From the NCBI GenBank assembly GCA_017642535.1, contig JAGCOW010000096.1:15428-79427 (forward strand): DNA of 64,000 nucleotides, read 5' to 3'. How positions within the stretch are numbered: position 1 is the first letter of the stretch; each line of letters opens with the position of its first letter. The notes beneath the pieces were generated by a model. The model was given only the letters and a program-made list of their open reading frames with translations, did no database searches and was not told the DNA's origin. Below are positions 30,691 to 37,971 of the stretch, piece by piece. The DNA comes from Bacteroidales bacterium (GTDB lineage: Bacteria; Bacteroidota; Bacteroidia; Bacteroidales; UBA1715). A program made the translations under genes and the position numbers.

Positions 30691-30748
30691 AGACATGCGA
30701 TTAATAGAAATTTTTATAAATTTGAAAATTTATTAAATCTTTGGTTAT

Positions 30749-31945
30749 ATGGATATTCAAAAAGAACTTGAACAATGGGCAAAAGAAACTGTCGAGAAAT
30801 ATCATAATATCGCGGTTCGTCCAGAGGTAAATACAGCTTACTATACTCAATCAGACCTATCTCGACTTATAGAAAAGCCAGAACTGATGATTATTGGCAT
30901 TAATCCAGGCAGTTATTCAACTTACAAAGAACAACGTGAAAACAAAAATTGGTCATATTTGTATAAAAACCCATATGACCAAAATCATCTGTTAAAAGGC
31001 AATTATTGTCATGAGGAAGGAAAACCTTCATCTTGGGATTGTCATAGAAAGTGGGGATATTGGAATCGCTTAAAATCGTGTTTGTCAAAGACAGACAGCC
31101 TATTAGATATTATTGACGATGACAGCAAGATAATAATCACTAATGCTTCTTTTTTTAGCACAAAAAAAGCTAATGAAATTTCTGAGTCATTGCTTATAGA
31201 AACAATTCCTTATACACTTAAATTGATAAGCAAAGCGGAACCAAAACATATAATTTTTCTTAGTGGTGAGAAATGTTTTGAAAGACTCTTCATTTTGTCA
31301 AAAAACTCAAAGGAGATTCAGTTTGAATATAAAAATGTTTGCGGAAATATATATGTGGGGCTTCTTAATGAGAGGTTATGTATTGGCATTCCACATCCAA
31401 CTTATAAAACAAAAGAAGAAATAAATCTTGTTGCTTCTGTCCTCCCTTATCTTATCAACGCTGAAAACTATAAAAGTATAGATGTTGCATCAATACAAAA
31501 AGAATGTGCTAATCAAATTAACGCTTTTTATGAAAAAGTGAGAAATGGTAATACCCATAATGCAAGTCGAGAACATATTCACATAAACAAAGAAAACATC
31601 GTAAAACAAGTAAATAATGAAATCGAACTTAGCTGTTATGAACCCAAAGGGAATACAAATAGGTATAAGTTAAATGACAAGTATGGAATAACTGTTACAA
31701 ATGTTGGCAAAGGATATATTGGAATCAGACATGTCAATTATACTTCTAATGGTTATGAAAATACCCAAGACAAAGAAGTGATTAAGTTGAAAGATTTTTT
31801 TAATAATTGCGGGTATAACATACACGAAAAAACCTGGATAGCCACAAAAACATTTAATCTATTTGGTCGTGATAACAATGAAATCGTGAAAAAAATTCTC
31901 GAAGAAGTAAGAAAACTGAAAGAACTTGAATTTTTTAAGAATTGA
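30749..31945 (+). CDS. Hypothetical protein with an N-terminal UDG-superfamily-like domain (GINPG motif)
   Basis: 398 aa. PELMIIGINPGS matches the MUG/TDG-type GINPG motif, and HIIFLSGEK and GIPHPTYK follow the UDG-fold order. The C-terminal half, about 150 aa, is unassigned. Confidence 0.45.
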   Translation: MDIQKELEQWAKETVEKYHNIAVRPEVNTAYYTQSDLSRLIEKPELMIIGINPGSYSTYKEQRENKNWSYLYKNPYDQNHLLKGNYCHEEGKPSSWDCHRKWGYWNRLKSCLSKTDSLLDIIDDDSKIIITNASFFSTKKANEISESLLIETIPYTLKLISKAEPKHIIFLSGEKCFERLFILSKNSKEIQFEYKNVCGNIYVGLLNERLCIGIPHPTYKTKEEINLVASVLPYLINAENYKSIDVASIQKECANQINAFYEKVRNGNTHNASREHIHINKENIVKQVNNEIELSCYEPKGNTNRYKLNDKYGITVTNVGKGYIGIRHVNYTSNGYENTQDKEVIKLKDFFNNCGYNIHEKTWIATKTFNLFGRDNNEIVKKILEEVRKLKELEFFKN

Positions 31946-32059
31946 TAGTTGCTTGACAAACTTAATTGTTTTATTGACAGCGTGTACAATGTTGAACATG
32001 TGTAACTTTTTCTATAAAAAGCTGTTAGAATTAAAAACCAAGAAAGTCCCTCTAATTTT

Positions 32060-32353
32060 ATGAACGTTGAAAAAAAATTATCGGAAATCAGCAAATTGAG
32101 TTTAGAAGAGCAGTATCAACGGCTTCAAGACGCCATTGACGAATTTGATGCAGATATGGAGAAGAAAATAGACCAAAAGTTTTCTCGTGAAAGACAATTC
32201 CAGCTTACAGCAAAGCAAAAAAGAGTGCTTGTACAGGGATTAATGACTCACGAGAATATCATTCCTAAAAAAATGGAAGATGACCGTAACAGATTGCTCA
32301 ATGCACTCTATTCCATATCCAAGGAACTTGAAAATGTAAAAACATCGTCGTAA
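32060..32353 (+). CDS. Hypothetical small helical protein (97 aa)
   Basis: A clean ORF with coiled-coil-like composition and no recognised family. Confidence 0.45.
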   Translation: MNVEKKLSEISKLSLEEQYQRLQDAIDEFDADMEKKIDQKFSRERQFQLTAKQKRVLVQGLMTHENIIPKKMEDDRNRLLNALYSISKELENVKTSS

Positions 32354-32415
32354 TGCCTATAAATGTCACATTTTTTTCTATAACCTTATAATCCAAACTT
32401 AATTTCTTCATTTTT

Positions 32416-32443
32416 CCATCCTCTGCCCTGATATGGCACACCT
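32416..32443 (+). promoter_or_regulatory. Conserved 28-nt cassette-head element, copy 4 (no adjacent ORF)
   Basis: The sequence is CCATCCTCTGCCCTGATATGGCACACCT. It is followed by TTCTTTTG, but only 2- to 12-codon ORFs occur before 32833. Confidence 0.75.
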
Positions 32444-32832
32444 TTGATTTTCTTTTGTAAAAAAAAATGGTATAAATATGCGACGAGATACTCAGTTTGT
32501 ACACGGATTTTTATAACTTGTTTCAATTAAGATTTAATTTTTTTAAATAAAGAGTTAATTAGATACTAACCTTGGCAACCGCATCAAAATATAACTAATT
32601 GACAATCATTCATGACCTTTTTATTTTCGGTACATAATGAAAGTCTGTAAGACTCAGAATCAGTTGTTTAACTATTTTTTTGTATGGTTATCGTAATTTC
32701 GTGTTTAGAAATTTCTATTTTTGTATAAATACTGAAAAAAATGTACCGACAGTATTTTTATAAATAAATTTTTAGTAAAAAAAATGTTTGTTTTACGCAC
32801 GCGATAGTGATGTGCTAGAAAAGGAGGCAAAA

Positions 32833-34314
32833 ATGAATTTAAACATGCAAATTTCAAAGATTAAAGCTATTGATGCATTAAGCTTATCATTACCTTTAGA
32901 TAAAGGATTATATGCTATAACCGGTGAGAATGGGTCTGGAAAAAGCACGGTTATTACATGTGCTTCTAGTTCTTTTTATAATATGAAGATGGTTGATTAT
33001 TTTGGAAAAACCGAAAATGATTCAAAAATATCATTTAAATTAGATACTGGAGAAAAATATTATGCAAAAGATACTTCTGGAAAGTGGTATTCAAGAATAA
33101 ATGGGAAATTTAAAATAAAAGGGTTTTATGAAGGAAGTGTAATATATGGCAATAGATTTAGAACTACAAATTATAATAATTTAAGAAAGCTAGAATACAT
33201 AAATAATGATGTGTTAACAAAAGCAGATGATTATATTCTTCATAATTTAGGTTATATTTTACATAACAACAGAAATTATTACAAAAAGATATTTAAAGCA
33301 TCTTCGAATGAATTAGCCAAAAAACATATTTTCATTAGTGGAGATTTGTTCTTTTATGAAAAAAATGGGAAAATAATTAGTCAATTTCATATGTCGACAG
33401 GTGAGAACCTTCTGATTAGTATCCTTAATTCTTTATTATTACGTAATACAGAAAGATCAGATTTTTCTGAACCATGCCTTATATTACTGGATGAGATAGA
33501 ATTGGCTTTGCATCCCTCTTCTTTAAAGCGATTAGTTGCATTTTTAAAAGATGAATCTGATAAATACAATTATGCAATATATTTTTCAACTCATTCAATA
33601 GAAATAATTGGAGCAATTAAGCCAGATAATATTTTTTTCCTAAATAGACATATAGACAATAGTCTTGAAGTAATAAATCCATGTTATCCTGCTTACGCTA
33701 CTAGAATTCTATATGATCAAGCTGGATATGATTATATAATACTTGTCGAAGATGATTTAGCTAGGGGCATTGTCAATCAAATATTAAGAAAATATTCTCT
33801 GCTTGGAAATAGATTAGTTCATGTGTTACCAGCAGGTGGATACCAAAATGTGATTGATTTGGGAAACGAAGTTGTTAATAGTAATCTAGTTGGAAAGATT
33901 GCAAAAATCATTATTATCCTAGATGGTGATGTAAAAGATGAAACAAGTAAATACATTTCTAAAAATCAAATAAGAAATAACATCCCTATCAATTTTTTGC
34001 CAATTGAAAGTCTAGAAAAATATTTTAAAAAGAATTTGGTGGATAATGTAAATAAGGAATTATTTCATTTTTTGAATGATTATATTTTTCAACAAAAAAG
34101 TTTGTCGGAGATAACACAAGAATATCAAAATTCTGGTGATTATGAAAATGACTCTAATGGGAAAAAATTCTACAAACTAATTGATAATGAGTTACGACAG
34201 CGAAATAAAACTCGTATTGAAATTATTGAACTTGTTGTTGATTTCTTAATGAAAGAAAACAGTAAAAACATTCAAGCTATAGTAAAATTTCTTCAAGAAA
34301 AAATGAAGAATTAA
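32833..34314 (+). CDS. ABC-type ATPase fused to a DUF4435/TOPRIM-like domain (OLD-family / fused PARIS AriA-AriB-like)
   Basis: 493 aa from the ATG at 32833, which is preceded by GGAGG 5 nt upstream. It has Walker A GENGSGKST, signature MSTGE, Walker B LILLDEIELALHP and H-loop STHS. The C-terminal YIILVEDDLARG...LPAGGYQNV...IIILDGD is laid out like TOPRIM/DUF4435. The gene is visibly more AT-rich than its flanks. Confidence 0.7.
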   Translation: MNLNMQISKIKAIDALSLSLPLDKGLYAITGENGSGKSTVITCASSSFYNMKMVDYFGKTENDSKISFKLDTGEKYYAKDTSGKWYSRINGKFKIKGFYEGSVIYGNRFRTTNYNNLRKLEYINNDVLTKADDYILHNLGYILHNNRNYYKKIFKASSNELAKKHIFISGDLFFYEKNGKIISQFHMSTGENLLISILNSLLLRNTERSDFSEPCLILLDEIELALHPSSLKRLVAFLKDESDKYNYAIYFSTHSIEIIGAIKPDNIFFLNRHIDNSLEVINPCYPAYATRILYDQAGYDYIILVEDDLARGIVNQILRKYSLLGNRLVHVLPAGGYQNVIDLGNEVVNSNLVGKIAKIIIILDGDVKDETSKYISKNQIRNNIPINFLPIESLEKYFKKNLVDNVNKELFHFLNDYIFQQKSLSEITQEYQNSGDYENDSNGKKFYKLIDNELRQRNKTRIEIIELVVDFLMKENSKNIQAIVKFLQEKMKN

Positions 34315-34449
34315 TAAATGTTTTACAAGTGATTCATAGCGGATTTTGTTCTGCAACGCCGTATACGCATATAGTTTTATGGGTGCTGTTTTAGTAGTAG
34401 AAAATCGTTTTTATACAATATCAATATTGAGGATATTTCTACCAACCAT

Positions 34450-34467
34450 TTGCCCCTAACGGGGCAA
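34450..34467 (+). other. GC-rich hairpin TTGCCCC-taac-GGGGCAA at the 3' edge of the AT-rich insert
   Basis: A perfect 7-bp stem. There is no clear U-tract, so its role as a terminator is uncertain. Confidence 0.35.
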
Positions 34468-34488
34468 GATTCAAAATCTCTTATTTTT

Positions 34489-34516
34489 CCAACCACTGCC
34501 CTGATATGGCATACCT
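34489..34516 (+). promoter_or_regulatory. Conserved 28-nt cassette-head element, copy 5
   Basis: The sequence is CCAACCACTGCCCTGATATGGCATACCT. It is followed 6 nt later by a perfect -7 box, TATGTTTG (34523-34530), and the ATG is at 34558. Confidence 0.8.
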
Positions 34517-34557
34517 CACGTTTATGTTTGCGCCAGAAAACATAAATAATAAACAAA

Positions 34558-35589
34558 ATGGAAAATGAAACTATACAAAATCCTGTTTCCGAAATCGCAT
34601 TCGATTTGGGAACGGTCAATTCAGTTGTCGTAGGTGGTGGAAACGTGCTTGTTGATGTGCCATCGTGGTTAGGTATTGAAATGGAAAGCAAAGGTCCCAA
34701 AGTTTGCTGCAAGTGGGACGAGGCAAGGAATATGAAAGGGCGGAACATTTCAACGCTTAAAATCATTCAACCAATGAAAAATGACAGTATGTTTTACAAC
34801 AGCGTTGAACTTTTGGTTTTGGAGTTGCTGTTGGAAGCAAAGAAAAAATGTTCCATATCGGCAGAAACGAAAATCGGAATAGGAATCCCTCTGGATTTCA
34901 CGTATGGCGACCGCCTTGTTTTTCGCGAAGCGTTCAAAAACCTTGGATGTAACAATGTGTATCTGATTCCTTCGATTTTTGCCGTTGCAATTGCCCAAGG
35001 ATTGAATGTGAATAATGTCTTGGGCAAAATGATAATTGAAATTGGTGGCGGAAAAACACAGATTGCGGTGATTTGTATGGGCGGAATTGTTGTGTGCGAA
35101 AGTATTCCTATTGGTGGCGAAGCCTTTACAGCGGCGATTCAGGAAGGATTGCGAATCAATCATAATATAAAAGTTAGTGAATGTACGGCGGAAGGAATAA
35201 AGAGAACGTCGGGAACGGCGCTTGTAGATATGGAAAATCCGCAAGCGTACTATGCTGTTTCTGGAGCGCACATAGTCACGGCTGAGCAAATCGAAGTAAA
35301 ACTTTCTCCGAACGAAATAGCCGAATGGCTGCACGAACCATTGACGAAGATTGAAAATGCCGTGTCAAACGTACTGGAACGTGTTCCCCCTGAATTGTTC
35401 AACGACTTTGCTGTTGACGGCATTTGGCTGTCGGGTGGAGGAGCGATGCTATATGGTTTAGCAGAACGTTTGAGCAGAAAAACTAAAATTAAAGTCAAAC
35501 TCGTTGACGAGACATTTTATTCCGTTGCACAAGGCGTTGAAATGGCACTGAAGAATTTAGAGGAAAATCAGTTTATTATAAAATTGTAA
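34558..35589 (+). CDS. Divergent MreB-like actin-fold ATPase
   Basis: 343 aa, collinear with MreB over its full length. IAFDLGTVNS (phosphate-1), IQPMKNDS, IEIGGGKTQIAV (phosphate-2), IPIGGEAF, AEGIKRTSG, LSGGGAML (adenosine) and VAQGVEMAL all appear in order. Confidence 0.8.
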   Translation: MENETIQNPVSEIAFDLGTVNSVVVGGGNVLVDVPSWLGIEMESKGPKVCCKWDEARNMKGRNISTLKIIQPMKNDSMFYNSVELLVLELLLEAKKKCSISAETKIGIGIPLDFTYGDRLVFREAFKNLGCNNVYLIPSIFAVAIAQGLNVNNVLGKMIIEIGGGKTQIAVICMGGIVVCESIPIGGEAFTAAIQEGLRINHNIKVSECTAEGIKRTSGTALVDMENPQAYYAVSGAHIVTAEQIEVKLSPNEIAEWLHEPLTKIENAVSNVLERVPPELFNDFAVDGIWLSGGGAMLYGLAERLSRKTKIKVKLVDETFYSVAQGVEMALKNLEENQFIIKL

Positions 35590-35594
35590 AAGAA

Positions 35595-36161
35595 ATGAAC
35601 GAGAATAACGTTTTACTGCTTGCCGTTGGCGACGGGGCAATCAACATAGTGGAACAAAACATGGAAAAACTTTCGAAACATTTTTCCGTGGCTACAATCC
35701 GCAAAGATGTTTATTTTGATTCCGCTGATGCTCAATGGCAATCAATGCTGAAGTTGGTTGTTCCCCAAAACGTGAAATATGTATGTTTGCTGAATTGTCT
35801 TGGTGGCGACGATGACTTGACAGTACTATCAATCATGAACGCTTGCGTTTCAAGAGATATTTTGGTGATTGGTGCATTGGTGTTCCCATTTTCGTTTGAA
35901 GGAAGTTCACGTTTTCAGTTGGCTGACAGTAAATTGTCGATTATGGAAAAAGGGATTCCTCAATTTGATTCAGTTGAATTTGACGAAGCATGTACAAAGT
36001 ACAACAGTTGTCATTGTATAATAAAATTTTTCAACGACGATATGTTTATACATTTTCCGAATGATTTGTTTTATAAGGCATTGCGGCACTTTAACGAGGA
36101 AATCTGCGATGGAATCATTGCTCACATGAAAGAACTTTCTTACATAATTCCATTCGATTGA
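35595..36161 (+). CDS. Degenerate FtsZ/tubulin N-terminal-domain-like protein
   Basis: 188 aa, starting 5 nt after the mreB-like stop codon. LLLAVGDGAINIV aligns with the VIGVGGGGGNAV T1 loop, and CLGGDDDLT replaces the GGGTGTG T4 loop. ILVIGALVFPFSFEGSSRFQLAD aligns with ILTVAVVTKPFNFEGKKRMAFAE, and HFPNDLF aligns with IPNDKLL. The protein ends at the N/C domain boundary. Confidence 0.55.
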   Translation: MNENNVLLLAVGDGAINIVEQNMEKLSKHFSVATIRKDVYFDSADAQWQSMLKLVVPQNVKYVCLLNCLGGDDDLTVLSIMNACVSRDILVIGALVFPFSFEGSSRFQLADSKLSIMEKGIPQFDSVEFDEACTKYNSCHCIIKFFNDDMFIHFPNDLFYKALRHFNEEICDGIIAHMKELSYIIPFD

Positions 36162-36222
36162 TGAGGATATGAACGTTGGCTTGTTCCGTAGGAACATTAA
36201 GTCGGTAATTTTTTTGCGAGAA

Positions 36223-37965
36223 TCACTTCTCCTTCCATTCACCGTTATCTTTTATCAACTGAATCAGTGCCTGTACTGCTTCGGCCTCGGGGATATTGCG
36301 ACAAACAAGCGTTTGTTTTTTATACAAATTAACCGTGCCTTTCCCTGCTCCCATGTAGCCATAATCGGCATCGCTCATTTCGCCGGGACCATTGACAATG
36401 CAGCCCATCACGGCTATTTTCAATCCTTTCAGATGCGACGTTTTCGCCTTCACCTCAGCCAAGGCTTTCTCTATGTCGTACAACGTTCTTCCACACGAAG
36501 GACACGAGATATATTCCGTTTTTTCGAATCGGGAACGAGAAGCCTGCAATATGGCAAACGACAAGTCAACTGACTGATTTTCTGCAAAATGCGAGGATTG
36601 AATCATTACACCGTTCAAGAAACCGTCGAGCAACAACGAGCCAAAGTCCATAGCGGCACGAATCTGCAAAGTCGCAAAATCGCTATAGTCATACTTTCGT
36701 GCCAACACAACGGGATTTCTTCTTCCTGCAAGCATTGCATAGAGTTTTCGGGTAAAATAGGTAACGTGAATGTCTTTGTTGTCAAACAAAATAATCGTAT
36801 TGCTTCCCAAATCCGTCGTTTTCAATGTGTCGAGTTCGGCCTCCGAAATCTGCAACACACAAGTTTCTGCTTTGTTATATTCATGCAACGAAACAACAGG
36901 AATCTTTAGAGCATCTTTTTGAATGTAATTTTCCTTCCAAACCCAATCTGCCTTTGTGTTTTCGGAACCAAAGACCATTGGGACGGAATCGCCTCCAATA
37001 CCAGAAACTGCCGTTGTATGATATGGCGAATACGTGTCAATCGCCTTACGAACATCTTCTATCGGCTCAAATTGCAACGGTGTGGCAAACACCTCGTTTC
37101 TATAGTCAACAATGAGTTTACACACTGGTATCTCACTTTCGGGAGCCTCGGTAAGCGAAACGCGAATGGTGTCGCCTATGCCGTCAAGCAACAACGAGCC
37201 GCTTCCCACGGCAGATTTTATACGTCCGTCCTCGCCTGCCCCTGCCTCGGTAACACCAAGATGTATGGGGAAACGACAATCCTCCTCTATCATTCGTTGC
37301 GCAAGCAGACGAGTCGCCTGAACCATAATACGAGTATTGCTTGCCTTTATGGAACACGCAACATTCTTGAAATCAGCATCTTTGCAAATATGAAGAAACT
37401 CCATCATACTCACCACCATGCCTTGTGGCGTGTCGCCATAACGAGAAACAATGCGTTGCGACAGCGAGCCATGATTCACTCCGATACGAATGGCAGTATT
37501 GTTTTGTTTGCACACGGCAAGCAAAGGCAATATATTCTCGCGAATTTTCTCCAATTCTGCCGTATATTCCTCGTCGGTATAGTCGGTTTTTCGCAAAGAA
37601 CCAATATAGACGTAATTTCCCGGATTGATTCTCACCTTCTCCACATATTTTGCAGCCACCAACGCCGCCTGCGGATTAAAGTGAATATCGGCAACCAATG
37701 GCTGTGTGTAACCACGTGCCACAAGTTGTTGCTTGATATTTTTCAGATTTTCAGCTTCCTTTACGCCTTGTGCCGTCAGACGAACATAATCGCCACCTGC
37801 ATCGAACACACGTATGCACTGCTCAACACTCGCCTCGGTATCGTTCGTATTGGTGTTGGTCATTGACTGCAACGCAATGGGATTGTCACCGCCTATTTTC
37901 ACCGTACCAATTTGAATTTCAGGTATTTGCAAACGTGTATATGCAGATTGAATCATTCGAGTCAT
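36223..37965 (-). CDS. ispG: 4-hydroxy-3-methylbut-2-en-1-yl diphosphate synthase (long Bacteroidota form)
   Basis: 580 aa. The N-terminus is IGTVKIGGDNPIALQSMTNT, and the C-terminal 4Fe-4S Cys motifs are SCPSCGRT and GCIVNGPGE. Confidence 0.92.
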   Translation of the reverse strand: MTRMIQSAYTRLQIPEIQIGTVKIGGDNPIALQSMTNTNTNDTEASVEQCIRVFDAGGDYVRLTAQGVKEAENLKNIKQQLVARGYTQPLVADIHFNPQAALVAAKYVEKVRINPGNYVYIGSLRKTDYTDEEYTAELEKIRENILPLLAVCKQNNTAIRIGVNHGSLSQRIVSRYGDTPQGMVVSMMEFLHICKDADFKNVACSIKASNTRIMVQATRLLAQRMIEEDCRFPIHLGVTEAGAGEDGRIKSAVGSGSLLLDGIGDTIRVSLTEAPESEIPVCKLIVDYRNEVFATPLQFEPIEDVRKAIDTYSPYHTTAVSGIGGDSVPMVFGSENTKADWVWKENYIQKDALKIPVVSLHEYNKAETCVLQISEAELDTLKTTDLGSNTIILFDNKDIHVTYFTRKLYAMLAGRRNPVVLARKYDYSDFATLQIRAAMDFGSLLLDGFLNGVMIQSSHFAENQSVDLSFAILQASRSRFEKTEYISCPSCGRTLYDIEKALAEVKAKTSHLKGLKIAVMGCIVNGPGEMSDADYGYMGAGKGTVNLYKKQTLVCRNIPEAEAVQALIQLIKDNGEWKEK

Positions 37966-37971
37966 GACAGG

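Noticed and set aside
30388-32353. The two ~100-aa helical proteins (30388-30690 and 32060-32353) as ZapA/SepF-like FtsZ-binding partners.
   Set aside because: The only similarity is in size and coiled-coil character. By-eye alignment to ZapA gave no shared motifs, so I left them as hypothetical.
26186-36222. The island as an integrated circular element that split an ftsZ-like gene (C-half at the left end, N-half at the right end), with GTAATTTTTT direct repeats at 26187-26196 and 36208-36217 as att sites.
   Set aside because: Both halves contain their own H7-helix-like segment and their own start codons, so they are not two pieces of one ORF. The 10-nt repeat is AT-rich and short enough to be chance. 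No integrase or transfer genes are present.
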